From: Eledone cirrhosa
Taxonomy: Eukaryota
Assembly: GCA_964016885.1 (NCBI GenBank)
Contig: OZ024747.1
Span: 34,038,001 to 34,102,000, forward strand
Direction of reading: 5' to 3'
Length of the DNA: 64,000 nt
Positions 1 through 13,773 of this stretch are shown piece after piece. A model generated the notes under the pieces. That model was not told the origin of the DNA, searched no databases, and saw only the letters and a program-made list of their open reading frames with translations. Every line of letters starts with the position of its first letter. Within the stretch, counting starts at the first letter, position 1. Both the position numbers and the translations under genes were made by a program.

Positions 1-35
1 AAATATTGCGTGCTGCGTGGTTGTAAATGGGTTAC

Positions 36-582
36 ATATGAATAAATTTAGTCCTTCGTCAGTGACCTTCCAGCCTTCATTGGTATTTCATCGCTTTAAA
101 GACCATATACCTCTTGTTGGTGCGAGCAACGGCTAAAGAAAGTCGTTGGGACACGTAAATAGGGGGAACGAGCGAGACAGTAAACAAACAAAATGGTAAT
201 GCAACGAAAAGTGGGGAAGAAAGAGTCAAGTACCTGAAATCGATGAACATAAGTTCTGTGAAATCGTAGACGAGAGAGAATAAAGACCATCCGAACTGGT
301 CGAAGTGTGAGTGAGGAAAGAATCGGATGGTCTTTACTCTCTCTCGTCTACGATTTCACAGAACTTATGTTCATTGATTTCAGGGACTTGACTCTTTCTT
401 CCCCATTTTTAGTTGCATTACCATCTCTGTTTGTTTACTGCCTCACTCGTTCCCCCTATTTACGTGTCCCAACGACTTTCTTTAGCCGTTGCTCGCACCA
501 ACCAGAGGTATATGGTCTTTAAAGCGATGAAAAACCAATGAAGGCTAGAAGATCACTGACGAAGGACTAAATTTATTCATAT
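36..582. repeat. Fold-back inverted repeat (arms ~36-294 and ~322-582), probably a PLE terminal fragment
   Basis: Arms are near-perfect reverse complements with a ~27-nt spacer. Each carries CTGACGA-AGG (5' half of an HHR core). Right arm ends in (TA)n. Confidence 0.85.
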
Positions 583-588
583 ATATAT

Positions 589-890
589 ATTATCATAATC
601 ATCAGGTCTAGCTTGCTCGGCTTTCTACGACACTTTTCCTCCATCCATCTATGTCTCTCATAGCGTTTGCCAGTTCTTCTGCAGTGCACCCGGTATCGAC
701 CTCAGGTTGCTTGACCTATGTCTTGGGACGACCACCGTTTCTTGCTCCATGAGATGGACTTCATAACAACACATCACATGCTATGTCTTCCTTGCTGCGC
801 CAACAGTGGCCAGCAAATCTGAATCTCTGTCAACGTATTGATCTGCTGATAGGTGGTATATTGCCATAGAGATCCTTATTTGTTGGGTGT
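589..890 (-). mobile_element. RTE-clade LINE 3' end (degenerate RT C-terminus plus tail)
   Basis: Minus strand reads HPTNKDLYGNIPPISRSIR..RFRFAGHCWRSKEDIACDVLL..PSHGARNGGRPKT, then a (TGA/GAT)n-like tail. Confidence 0.8.
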
Positions 891-892
891 TA

Positions 893-1118
893 ACATCAGA
901 CTGGGAAAAGCCTGGGAAGCATTGAATGCAATGGAAAAGATATGGAAATCAAACCTGCCGACTTAAACTGAAAAGGAATTTCTTCAGAGCTGCTGTGGAA
1001 TCTGTACTTGTTTATGGCTCTAACACTTGGACGCTAACGTCGAAACTGGAGAAAAATGTAGACGGGGCATACACACGTATGGTCCGCGCTGCTTTAAACG
1101 TGTCTTGGAGGGAACACC

Positions 1119-1127
<9 letters not shown>
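893..1127 (+). mobile_element. Inverted 5' segment of the same RTE-clade LINE
   Basis: LKRNFFRAAVESVLVYGSNTWTLTSKLEKNVDGAYTRMVRAALNVSWREHPTN directly precedes the 589-890 peptide in the element but lies on the opposite strand. Confidence 0.8.
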
Positions 1128-1180
<53 letters not shown>

Positions 1181-1185
<5 letters not shown>

Positions 1186-1376
1186 AACGAGTAGGACCCC
1201 GACGGCTGAGCTCAAGCCGTTTCGACGGCTAATTCTGGTCCAGAATTAGCCGTCGAAACGGCTTGAGCTCAGCCGTTGGGGTCCTACTCGTTCCTATTAC
1301 CCACTCTACTACCCTAAGTATTGAGTACTTTGGTGCGTTATGGTCCATCTGGTTCCTTACCACATTTCCTTCGTTA
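1181..1376 (+). mobile_element. Palindromic HHR mini-element derived from the Naiad-type PLE terminus
   Basis: Palindrome 1181-1297 centred at ~1239, plus tail ending ...CCTTCGTTA. Matches 34296-34426. (TA)n on both sides. Confidence 0.85.
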
Positions 1377-1502
1377 TATATATATATACAAGTGGAATCT
1401 TAGTAAAATCGAAGCTTTGGCTGTGGCCGCCAAGAAAAGTCGACCTACAATAGGAATGAGTTAGCAAAGCACTCAATAAATGGGAGGTCCTTAGAGTAAT
1501 AA

Positions 1503-1692
1503 CTGTTTCTACTTTTGGCACAAGGCCAGCAAGTACCCAGTACATTACTGGTACTTTATTTTATCGACCTCGTAAGGGTGAAAGGCAAAGTTAACCTCGG
1601 CGGGATTTGAACTCACAATGGCAAGGGCCGTAACTCTATGCGTCAAAGCATGGCGTCCGACCCTCTACTGATACTGCCAATCCACCGCCCTT
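1503..1692 (-). mobile_element. tRNA-derived SINE with Nin-type central domain
   Basis: A-box-like TGGCAGTATCAGTAG, B-box GAGTTCAAATCCC, core GCCTTTCACCCTTACGAGGTCGATAAAATAAAGTACCAG. TSD TTAGAGTAATAAC. Confidence 0.85.
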
Positions 1693-1781
1693 AGAGTAAT
1701 AACATACGTTTGACAAATTGAACATTGCGGGAGGTAAAACCCAACCATACAATACCAAAGTAACGAAAGAACTAACAGGTT

Positions 1782-1834
<53 letters not shown>

Positions 1835-2023
1835 TAGTGTGTGTGTGTGTGTGTGTGTATATATGCAATTTCTCCCTCTCCCTCACGCACGCACACCACG
1901 AAATAAAAAAATATTCATACACATATTTTTCCAAATAACCTCTCGACCCACCGCAAAAAGACATGTGACTAGTAAACAAACTAAAACACACACACCACAC
2001 TACAAAAATAAATATATATATAA

Positions 2024-2213
2024 TTGTTTCTACTATTGGCACAAGGCCAGAAATTACCCAGTACATTACTGGTACTTTATTTTATCGACCCCGTAAGGAT
2101 GAAAGGCAAAGTTAACCTCGGCGGGATTTGAACTCAGAATGGCAAGGGCCGTAACTCTATGCGTCAAAGCATGGCGTCCGACCCTCTACCGATACTGCCA
2201 ATCCACCGCCCTT
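2024..2213 (-). mobile_element. tRNA-derived Nin-type SINE
   Basis: Near-identical to 1503-1692. Confidence 0.85.
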
Positions 2214-2257
2214 AATAAATATATATATAATATATGTATGTGGTGTGGGTATGTATT

Positions 2258-2302
<45 letters not shown>

Positions 2303-2399
2303 CTATATATATATAAATTAAATAAATATGACGTAGGCATTACAATACAATACCACGCATGATGTCGCAGATGTGTGACGAAAGAACTTTGATGGACTA

Positions 2400-3708
2400 T
2401 CTCTATAAATATAAAACAGAAGATGTCCGTCTGTGTGTGTGTGTGTGTATGATTTTTATGGATTTCCACATTTCTCTACCGATTTTGATGATTTTTTTTC
2501 CAATGTGCTCCAAATTTACCAACGATGGTAATAAACTTTGCCAAACATTTCCTTCTTCTATGAAAAAATCGATAAAACTAAATACATGCTGTAACCCTCT
2601 CTCTTTCACTCTCTCTACTACCCAACAGCGACAAGACTTCGTTCAGGAACGCGACATAAACATTGAAAACTAAGCAACACATCATTTTATTCAACAACAA
2701 ACATAGTCATAACGCTCTCTCCGTTGCTCTTCCCTCTCTCTATAATATATCATTCCCCCTCTCTATAATTTAACTGCTTTACTCTCTTCATGCTTTGAGA
2801 TTTAACTCACCTTCCTATAGTTTCTTAGCTTTACTATCTCCGTCGCTCTTCCCTCTCTCTATAATAGATTATTCCCCTTCTCTACAATTTAATTGCTGGG
2901 GAGTCATTGGAGTTCCGTATTGACATACGGCTTTTCTGGGGTATTTTAAATCGGCTTATTGCAAATAACAACCCGCAAAATAACACTTCATATAACAGAT
3001 TGATGCTATAGACATATGAATCAGAATGTTTAAATTATTTATTTTTTACAACTTTCATTGGTTAAATACTAATATTACAACACCCATAGTATTGTACTTC
3101 TGGCAATTCTGCCGAATACACTGCCAAGCATGAATCTTTTCCCATCGGCGTCAGATATCCCGTTCGATTTCCGGCGATCCAAATCCCGGTGAGACCATGT
3201 TTTGCCATGTCAATTAACAATTCACCAGAGCAAACATTGTCGGTGGCGGGCATCCATTTGGGGGAGCCATACTTCTCCCATGGCCAACTTTATGTTGCCT
3301 GTTCCCACGTAGGGAGCAGGAATGCACTTTTTGCTTACACTCCTCAAGGGATGACACGCAATATCTTCTACAAAGAGGTGCTATAGATGTTAGCGCAGGT
3401 TCTGGAGGTGTTGCAGCTATGCCGCCTGGAAAACCATTTCCTGGTAGGGTCACCCATGGCGGACAATCTGACACCCAGCGGCATCAGGGCTACTATCATG
3501 CAACTTTCGTCTGCTAAATTCGCTATTGGAAGATTATTAACCCATCATTGATTGTCCAAAATGCTAATTGGTTCGTAAGTTTTAATAACCGCTTCAATTG
3601 CTTTCTGCACTTAATTGATAAGCTTATTCGCTTTCAAGCCACGTTTACCTGTATGTAACTTTTCATAGCAAATGAACAAACCCGAGCAACGCCGGGCTAA
3701 ACTGCTAA
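2400..3708 (+). mobile_element. Non-autonomous (internally deleted) Helitron
   Basis: 5' TC(TCTATAAATATAAAA...), 3' hairpin CCCGAGCAACGCCGGG followed by CTAA. Inserted between A and T without TSD. Flanks rejoin to a sequence homologous to 10790-11030. Confidence 0.8.
3180..3386 (+). pseudogene. Helitron PIF1-like helicase C-terminal fragment
   Basis: PVRPCFAMSINNSPEQTL..GIHL..PYFSHGQLYVACSHVGS...TRNIFYKEVL* matches helicase motifs V/VI of Helitron RepHel. Confidence 0.85.
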
Positions 3709-4078
3709 TATATATATATTTATATCTGTAATTTTAACCGTTGGTCAATCAATATTAAACATTGACTGCCAGATAAATTAACTATGGAAATATAAAAGAT
3801 ACAGAAGCGTAAACCAACCCAAACCAAACAGTGAGTGTGTTCTGGTATTATTTCGGGCAATATTATAAGAATATTACCCTCCCCAAGTATAACAATATAT
3901 ATATAGAATATACCTTAAACCTCTCCATCTTTTGGGTTTTTTTTGTTTCTTTCCTCTAAAAATATTTCTCTGACCAAGTTTTGATCCATCACATTTACAA
4001 TAAGACACGCATACACACACAGGCGTGCGTACGCCCGCAAACGCACGCACGCCTGTGTGTGTTTATATATACACAATA

Positions 4079-4264
4079 ATTGTTTCTACTTTAGGCACAA
4101 GGCCAGCAATTACTCAGTGCATTACTGGTACTTTATTTTATCGACCCCGTAATTATGAAAGGCAATGTAAACCTCGGCGGGATTTGAACTCAGACCGTAA
4201 ATGGACGTAACTATGCTGGAAAGCATGGCGTCCGACTCTCTACCGATACTGCCAATCCACCGCA
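4079..4264 (-). mobile_element. tRNA-derived Nin-type SINE
   Basis: Homologous to 2024-2213. Confidence 0.85.
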
Positions 4265-4406
4265 ATAATTTCACTCTGACGAATCAAAGAAGAAAAAAAT
4301 AAAAACAGATCCAAGAAATATACTTTTCGAGCTACTTTCAATTCCACTTTCTCTTTATAAACTCCGTCTTGTATAGAACCTTACTCCTTTTTTCATATAT
4401 ATATAT

Positions 4407-4530
<124 letters not shown>

Positions 4531-4645
4531 GTTTGGAGTTAGAAGGCCAGAACAATGCAGGTATGGATATAGAATAGATATACAAATGCAAAAGATACCG
4601 CAGACAATTAGTTTTTTACCTTAAATTTATTTGTATATCCTGATA

Positions 4646-4673
4646 TTTCGAGATAATATCTCTTCTTCGGAGG
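4646..4673 (-). ncRNA. Degenerate minimal hammerhead ribozyme
   Basis: TCCT-CCGAAGA-(A)GAGAT att ATCTC-GAAA-TATC-AGGA; one core mismatch. Confidence 0.45.
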
Positions 4674-4789
4674 AAAGTAAAGGGGTTAATCCAGTATTCT
4701 ACTTAGCTTGCCAAGTCATGCTGATAGGAAGTAGTATAGAAATGTCATTCTATTTTTATTTAACATCATTCTATTCCGTATTTAATATC

Positions 4790-6530
4790 TTACAGAAAGA
4801 GAAGAAGATAGCCCCAAACCTCTCCAGGACGCAACAACTCGTCCTGAAGAAACTGCGGAATAGGGAACTCATATACATACCATCCGACAAAGGTAAAGAG
4901 TTTTGTGTAATCTCTCAAGCCACATACAACAACCTAGCCTTTGAACACTTAAGCGACAACAAACTGCATACAGAGGTCCTGGACATAACTGCAGCCCAGA
5001 TCGAAAAACAGGCCAACTCCATCTGGTTCGACAACTATAGTAGAAGACAACTCCCAAATAAATTTAAGTCCAATTACACCACTAGAACTAGCAGACTGCC
5101 CAACTTCTATCACCTCATCAAGACCCACAAGAATAGTACTAAGACACAAATAAGACCCATCGTCTCTCGCATAGAAGGGCCCCTATACAACATTTCCTCG
5201 CTCCTCTCCCAGGTCCCCAAGCCTCTATTATCCACATTTCCCAGGCATGTCAGTAGCTCCGACGAGGTCATACGTAGTCTACACCAACTCCAGCCAGAAC
5301 AACTTAAACTCAATAGATACGCTTTTAGCCTCGACGTTGTCTCCCTCTACACTACAGTGCCCGCTCATCCAGCTGTTGATTTATTGACGGACTGTGTGGT
5401 CGCCGACGACGTCCACTGCTACGGCCTCCATCCGACGGACATACACTGGCTTTTGTCCTTCACAGTGGACAACACATACTTCACCTTCCACCACTACACA
5501 TACAGACAGACAACAGGATTACCCATGGGATCCAGCCTATTGGGCCTGCTGGCCATCACTTATATGAACCAGCTGGAGTGCCGAGCCCTCAACATCTGCC
5601 ATTCCTATACCTTCTTCACCCGATATGTAGATGACATACTCATCCTTACATCATCCCGTGAATAAGCGAATAAAATATACATGACATTCTCCAGCATGGA
5701 CGCCAGTATAAAGTTCAGCATGGAACATCCCGATGACCGCGGATCCCTATCCCTATTAGACTTCCAGCTCAGGGTAACAGAGGAAGGCGACATCCATGCC
5801 TACTTCTATAAAAAAGCCGCCAGCAGGGACCTGTTCGTCCATTTCAGATCAACCCTCCCACTCAGTGCTAAGTTCGGATACATAAGGAACGAAGTGACAC
5901 GTATCCAGAACAAATGCACCGTCGCAAGAGAGCGAACACACACACAGCACACCCTTCCTGGAGGTACTTAAACTGAACCGATACCCGACGTCCACCGCGA
6001 ACCGTGCCAGAAACAACAGAGGACACCACACCCGAGGCACTAACACCTGCTTCCTGAAGCTGCCACACTTCAGTGACGAAACTACAAGCCATCCGCAAGG
6101 CTATCAGACGAGAGAGACTAGATATCCAGCTATCCCACTCAGGATCCTCTCTACACGGACAGCTAACCAAAAACACTTCACCAGATATGACAGTCACTGC
6201 AGGCTAGCCAACTGCCCCATCAACGACACAGACCTATGCCACCAGTCTTACGTCGTATACAGATTAGAGTGCGACAAATGCAGCAATTTCTACATAGGTA
6301 TCACCACCAGCCCACTTCACATTAAAATAAAAGAACACCTCAACACTAATGCTTCCTCATTTAAGAAACACATAGTGAAATGCAAAAGCACTGACAAAAA
6401 CATAATAGTTAGGATAGAAGCTAAGGAGAGAAACCTTGGCAATCTTAGAATTAAAGAAGCACTTATTATTGACAAAACGCAACCACCAATCAATAACAGA
6501 CTAGAACTCAACACCCAATTTTTAACATGA
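4790..6530 (+). pseudogene. Penelope-like element ORF (RT plus GIY-YIG), Penelope/Poseidon/Neptune-like, with stops and frameshifts
   Basis: IPSDKG, FYHLIKTHK, IRPIVS, SLDVVSLYTTVP, QTTGLPMGSSL, RYVDD, then VVYRLECDKCSNFYIG..HIKIKEH. Stop at 5663-5665. Confidence 0.9.
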
Positions 6531-7335
6531 TGGAGCACCTAGCCCCCACACTTACAGCTCGTATCCTCTCACACTCACACACACACGCACACGTACACAC
6601 ACACACACACACGCATGCTTACACTTTTACTTATTCTCTCACGCATACACATACACACACTTAGACCAGTTGATTAAGTTGCGTCACTCGATCTCAAATA
6701 CATTATTTCCCTGTGATCAAATTCTCAGAATACAAATAATTCATACATGGCAACCCCATTAAGACAAGACAATCAGTAAAACATTTACCACACACACTTG
6801 TCAAAAAAACCCTTCACCATCCACCCTTAGCCCTTGGGTCTCATACTAGTATCTCCCAATTAATTTCTAATTTATTGCTGTTTCTTTTATCTGTCATTTG
6901 TTACTACTTCAGATTCTCTACACGTATGTTTCGAATATGGCTTTTCATGTTAGCACTACATCCACCACAGTATCCTTATACAGACACTTACTTACCACCA
7001 CCACTATCATATTCTGTACTTATATGCTCTCACTTATCTTTATTTCTTTCTATTTTTATTATGTTTCCATTTTCCTACTTTTTAATTGTATCTTTTTTCT
7101 TACTTTTTACTTTTTACTTTTTACATTTGTAACTTCTTTACCTATTTATCAGATATTTTATTATTGCTGTTATTGTTTTAATTCTACGCTATTTCTCTAT
7201 TAATTTGTGAAGCAGAGAAAAACGAATGTGTATATATTTAGTGGTTTGTGCTATTAGGCTTATGCCGTATATACGGCTCACAAAAACAAAATTGTGTAAA
7301 ACAGAAAAAGGATGAGACAGAAAGTAACAAAGCTA

Positions 7336-7375
7336 GTCACTGAATAGGTCACAGAATGTGTGACGAAAAGGCTTT
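7336..7375 (+). ncRNA. Degenerate hammerhead motif in the PLE 3' UTR
   Basis: CTGAATAG-GTCACA gaatg TGTGAC-GAAA. Confidence 0.45.
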
Positions 7376-7809
7376 GAGTATCAACAAGTAAACAACCCTC
7401 CAGCTACTAGTCTAACTATCTAGGAAAGTATAATCGTAAATTGAAGCGAAAATCAACTGGTAGATTTATTTTATTGGCAGCAAGTCCCCTTCTGAAATAT
7501 AGCAAAATCTGTTTCGACAAAGTTTATGACAAAAATCTTGCAAAATAGAAGTATATATAAATATATATACACAAACAAACTGAAGCACACACACACACAC
7601 GTGTGTGCAGACACACATATATATGGAGATAGGCCCATATATAAATGTGTGTGCGCACCCGCCTTTGTTTGTTTAACTACAGCCAAATATCCACAGGTTG
7701 TTTCTACAAGAAAACTGTTATATTTAGTGACTATACAGAATATTATATTCTTCCACCTATCTGTCAACTTACTTATCTATCTGTGTTTTCTATCTCTATA
7801 GCTCTATCT

Positions 7810-7943
<134 letters not shown>

Positions 7944-8594
7944 TATATGTCTATCTCTATGTTTATCATATACTGTAATAGGGTAAATGCAGCGATACTT
8001 TGCTTAAAATTTAATCTGTACTGATAATAAATATATATATGTTTATCTATATTCTTTTCTATCTAATTTATTGTCTCACTATTAGTCCACCAGCCTACAT
8101 TATCTATCTATCTATCTATCTATCTACTTAGATGCAATATATACATACACCTAAACAAATACACATACGCACATACAAACACACGTAACTAAGGAGCTGT
8201 AACACAAGGCTCATTACTTACGGAAAAATAATACACTTCGATCCCTCTTATATGTATGTGTGTGGGGATATATATATATATATCTATATATATCTATGTG
8301 TGTGTGTGTGTGTGTGTATGTGTGTGTGTGTATGCATGTATGCATGTGCGTATGTATGTGTGTATGTATATATGTATGTTTGTATGTGCGTATGATTGTA
8401 TGCATATGTATGTATATATGTTTGCATGTATATATAGATGTATGTATATATGGATGTATATTTATATCTATATTAATAGGTATTTTACAAATAAATATCT
8501 AACAAGCTTCTTTTGTTATTACTCTACGTTAACCTTCAAGATCTCAAACAGAAAGCCATTGTCCCAAACTAACAGTATTTTTTTTAGTTTCTAG

Positions 8595-8619
8595 GAAAAG
8601 TGCCATTAACGTGGAACAG
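8595..8619 (+). other. Candidate 25-nt host micro-exon
   Basis: Branch point ACTAAC (~8567), T-tract and CTAG acceptor, CAG|GTGAGT donor. Open in two frames (KSAINVEQ or KVPLTWN). Confidence 0.45.
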
Positions 8620-9289
8620 GTGAGTATGATGTTAGCTTTTGTTATGAAACATACAATTTCTAAAGAACTAAACGATCTGCTAGACATGGAGTGTATTCAA
8701 ATTCAAGCCTGTGGGGAAATTACTCCAGCTGATATCTAATAGATTTGGTAAAATATTCTCATGTGTAAATTCTTGTATGTCATTATTTACACATATACAT
8801 ATACACACACATATACCCATACATACACATTGAAGGATTCTCCGTCAGTCTTCATGCTGAGTCTTCAGATATTCAGCGAATTAAATTGTGTATTCTGCAA
8901 TTCTAAAGTAGAATCAGTAAATATCAATTAATTAGAAAGCGAGAGATAAATAGAATGATAACTCTGAAGTAGTGGACGGTGACATTACTGTTTGACACAG
9001 ATGGGATCAATATAGTTAATCGCAGTGATGTTTGAACTCAGAACATAGCAATATGAGCCAACAGGAACACTGCAAGCCATGCAAACCGATGCTTAATTGA
9101 ACTGTTGATGTTGATTATGTATATATATACATATATAAATTCGAATGGATGCAGTAAAAATCTGTTAGTCCATTACTCACCAGAGTACTCGATACTTGGG
9201 TTAGTAGAGTGTGCTAATATGACGGATTTGGTACCCCCGACGGCTGAGCTCTTGCCGTTTTCAACAGCTAGTTCCGAACCTGTATCCAT

Positions 9290-9370
9290 ATATATATATA
9301 TATATAATATATATATATATATAATATATATATATATATATTATAATATATATATATATATATAATATAT

Positions 9371-9450
<80 letters not shown>

Positions 9451-9733
9451 ATATATATAATATATATAATATATTATATATAATATATATTATATATATT
9501 ATATATATTATATATATTTATATTATATATTATATATATATACATTATATATTATATATATATAGATATATACAATTATATATATATAATATAATATATA
9601 ATGTATATATATATATATATATACATTATATATTATATATATATATATATAATTATATATTATATATATATAATATATAATTATAATATATATATATATA
9701 ATATATATAATATATATATATAATATATATAAT

Positions 9734-9780
<47 letters not shown>

Positions 9781-9951
9781 TAATATATATATATAATATA
9801 TATATATATAATATATATAATATATATATATAATATATATATATATAATATATATAATATATATATATAATATATATTATATATATAATATATATAATAT
9901 ATATATATAATATATATTATATATATAATATATATAATATATATATATATA

Positions 9952-9998
<47 letters not shown>

Positions 9999-10000
9999 TA

Positions 10001-10043
<43 letters not shown>

Positions 10044-10062
10044 TAATATATATATATATATA

Positions 10063-10103
<41 letters not shown>

Positions 10104-10143
10104 TAATATATATATTATATATATTATATATATATATATATAT
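9290..10143. repeat. ~850-bp compound (TA)n / (TATAA)-variant array
   Basis: Almost pure A/T with periodic phase shifts. Confidence 0.95.
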
Positions 10144-10199
10144 ATGGATACAGGTTCGGAACTAGCTGTATAGCATAAGATGTACAGAACTAGCTCTAT

Positions 10200-10532
10200 A
10201 GCATAAGATGTACAGAGGGTACTTGCAGAAACATGACAACAACATACATAGGTGAGACAGCTCGTAGCATAGGTGAAAGGATAGACCAACACTGGGGGGA
10301 ACTAAAAGGACGAAAAAACGGGTCAGTACTATACGAACATACTAAAAAACAACATGACGGTAACATAGACAACATAGAAATTAGAATAATATCTAAACAT
10401 AGAAATGACCCAGCAGATAGGCAAATCAGAGAGGCCAGTGAAATAGAAATTAGAAGACCAAGACTAAACAGAAAGAATGAATGGAATAACAACAACACCC
10501 AAACAAGCAACACTGACCTAAGAGAAGTATAA
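10200..10532 (+). pseudogene. PLE GIY-YIG endonuclease C-terminal fragment
   Basis: TYIGETARSIGERIDQH...SVLYEH...RQIREASEI...LNRKNEW. Confidence 0.85.
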
Positions 10533-10785
10533 ATAAGTAAATGAAATAAAATAAATAAATAAATAAATAAATACATACACAAGCACAATAACAACAAGCA
10601 CATAAACACACACTAGTCACCCATCACACATCAAACAAAACACTATACACACACGCAAACGCATGCGCAACGAAGACAAAATAAAATAAACAAACAAGCA
10701 AATAAATAAATAAATATATAGACAGACTGAATAAAAATGGCGTAGACATACAATACAACAGGAGGAAAAGATATCACCACTGACG

Positions 10786-10810
10786 ATGTTGCAGATGTGC
10801 AACGAAATAT
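10786..10810 (+). ncRNA. Hammerhead core plus stem II in the PLE 3' UTR
   Basis: CTGACGA-T-GTTGCA gatg TGCAAC-GAAA. Stems I and III not resolved by eye. Confidence 0.55.
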
Positions 10811-11082
10811 TTATGATAAACTATATATATGTGTTTGTGTCTATATTGTAGCTGTATTATTTTTGACCGTCGGTCAGTCAATGGCAACATTGAGGACCGA
10901 GTAAGTTAGATTACCCATATAAAAGACACAGAAGCGAGAAGCGAAAAAACCAACCAAACAGTGAGTGTGTTCTGTTATTAATTCTGGCAATATTACACAA
11001 ATATGACCCTCCCCAAGTATAACAATATTTGTTTCGACACACGATTTCATATAAAAAACCTCGCAAAACTAATTCATCGCCG

Positions 11083-11224
<142 letters not shown>

Positions 11225-11921
11225 ATACAGGTTCGGAACTAGCTGTTGAAACGGCAAGAGCTCAGCCGTCGGGGTACCAAATTCGTCATATTAGCACACT
11301 CTACTAACCCGAGTATCGAGTACTCTGGTGAGTAATGGACTAACATATTTTTACTGCATCCATTCTGATTTATATATATATATATATACATAATCAACAT
11401 CAACAGTTCAATTAAGCATCGGTTTGCATGGCTTGCAGTGTTCCTGTTGGCTCATATTACTATGTTCTGAGTTCAAACATCACTGCGATTAACTATTTTA
11501 ATCCCATCTGTGTCAAACAGTAATGTCACCGTCCACTACTTTAGATATATATCTAAGGAAGGAAAAATTCTAAACACATTGCTTTCTGATTCGGGCTCTA
11601 GTCTGCTTAAATAAATGTATTGAACATTTCCTCCCAAAGAAAGGAAAATGTGGTGTGGCGTATTAAGGGCATCACATCTTGATTTGTTGATAAATCTGTC
11701 TGTCATTGTCTGTTAAGAATGATGCGTTGATCATGAAATCAATCAAACAAAAGACAAAATAATTTGTGACACTTAGTTACGTCATTTTACATTCTCAGTT
11801 CAAATTGCAACCAGGTCTACACTGATTAAATAAATATTGGGGTGGCTATAATCAATTTATACTCTAGAATGTAATGCCCCAGCATAGCCAACTTTTATAA
11901 GCTCAAAACATCAAAATAATA

Positions 11922-12275
11922 ATGGTTTCTGATTTAGGCACAAAGTCAAAAGTTTGGTGGGGAGCAAAAAGTCGATTAAATCGACTCCAGTAAGTTACTG
12001 GTACTTTATTTTATCAATCCCATATGGATTAAAGGCAAAGTGAACATCAGCAGGATTTGAATTCTGGACGTAAAGTGCCATAACTATATGCCGCAAAGCA
12101 ATTTGTCCGACGCTCTACATATTCGGCCAATCAACCGCTCTCGAACAATAAAATAAAAATGGTTTCTGATTTAGGCATAAGTTCAACAATCTTAGGGCAG
12201 GGCGGGGACAGTCGATTAAATCGAACCCAGTGTGTTACTGGTAATTTATTCCATTGACCCATAAGGATGAATAAC
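11922..12275 (-). mobile_element. Two tandem older tRNA-derived SINE copies (one partial)
   Basis: GGTTTCTGATTTAGGCAC...TTACTGGTACTTTATTTTATCAATCC...GGATTTGAA; diverged relatives of the 2024 SINE. Confidence 0.75.
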
Positions 12276-13679
12276 AAAACATCTATTGCAACGCCCCCCC
12301 CCCCCCCCCAAAAAAAAATACTAAAAAAACATATGTATCGCATGCTCATATAACCCACCCCCCACAAGAAAAACAGACACAATCCGGATAAACAGAACTA
12401 ATCATTGATCTCACTATATTAAGGTGGAGAGATGGAATGATATACGCTAAAGTATATTGCCTATATGTCATATTAAAGAGAGTTTTAATGTGTAGTAAAA
12501 TGATGAAATACTTGCTAAAATGGCTACACAGATATGATATATAAACCTGAATCATTTAATGGAATTTCAGCATCTATCTCATAGAATACTAAATTGACAT
12601 CCTATTTCAATGCTTAAGATGCAATGCACTAACATTAACAGAATTTTTTTTTGTCATAAGTCTGCATATTCTGTGCATGTTTTCAGCAAATCTAATATTT
12701 TGTGTATACGTTAATCTAATTTATGAGTTGTTCGCTGATTGCATAGCATATGTACGCATCATAGCAAGAAGATTGGTGCCATTTCTCCTATATGACAGAT
12801 TAGATGCCACTTATCTATAAATAATTCCACATAAGTATTAGAACTTCGAAATATACTTGTAGGGGAGGATGAAGACAACCCCACCCTACTTCATCCCAAA
12901 TATATATATATATATATGTATATTAAAAAATTGAAATTATCTGTTTTGAAATTTTGTAAAGATTAATTTAAGTAAAGAAAGTTTAGTAATTTATCCAAAA
13001 TATAAAGATAGAAAATTGCGATATTCAGGAAAAGAAAAAGGAAAAGAAAAACGAAAAAATACAAAATGCCAATATACCCACAAAACAAACAGCAACAAAA
13101 ACAGAACATTAAAATATATAATGCCAATATACCCAGCATACAAAAAACAGCAACAAAAACAAGACAGTGAAATTTATAATGCCAATATACCCACCATACA
13201 AACAAAAACAATAAGAAACAAAACAGTAAAATATAAAATACCAATACACATCACCTACAAAACAACAACAACAAAACAAAGAAATAAAAAAATAGATTTA
13301 ACAACACAAAGAAATAAAGGAAAGAGAAACACATTAAGATAAATGTTTCCGATATTTGTCTTATGGTTTTTGTCTTTTGTAAATTTTTAGTGAATGGCAG
13401 TTATTAAGTAAGATTAGTAGTTTTCAGTCTTTAGTAATTAGTTTGAATGTAAGTTGTAAGTCCATCAGGTAGTTGCTGGCAATGATCAATGCAAAGATAA
13501 TGGAAAATAGTCAGTGCTCTTTGGTCATACACTTTTCTATTGATCTTCTGGCGCTAATGTTGCTTTATATATATACCATATAAAATGTGTACACACAGAC
13601 ATAAGTAAATGTATATATATATATACACACACACACAAATGCATGCATATATATATATGTGTGTTTTCATGTATGTATT

Positions 13680-13715
<36 letters not shown>

Positions 13716-13730
13716 ATGTATGTATGTGTA

Positions 13731-13773
<43 letters not shown>

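Noticed and set aside
2100-2213. tRNA gene
   Set aside because: A/B boxes belong to a multi-copy SINE head; no cloverleaf.
4631-4790. N-terminus of the 344-aa ORF
   Set aside because: Non-ATG start in an upstream inverted terminal fragment with an HHR remnant; PLE homology starts at about 4790.
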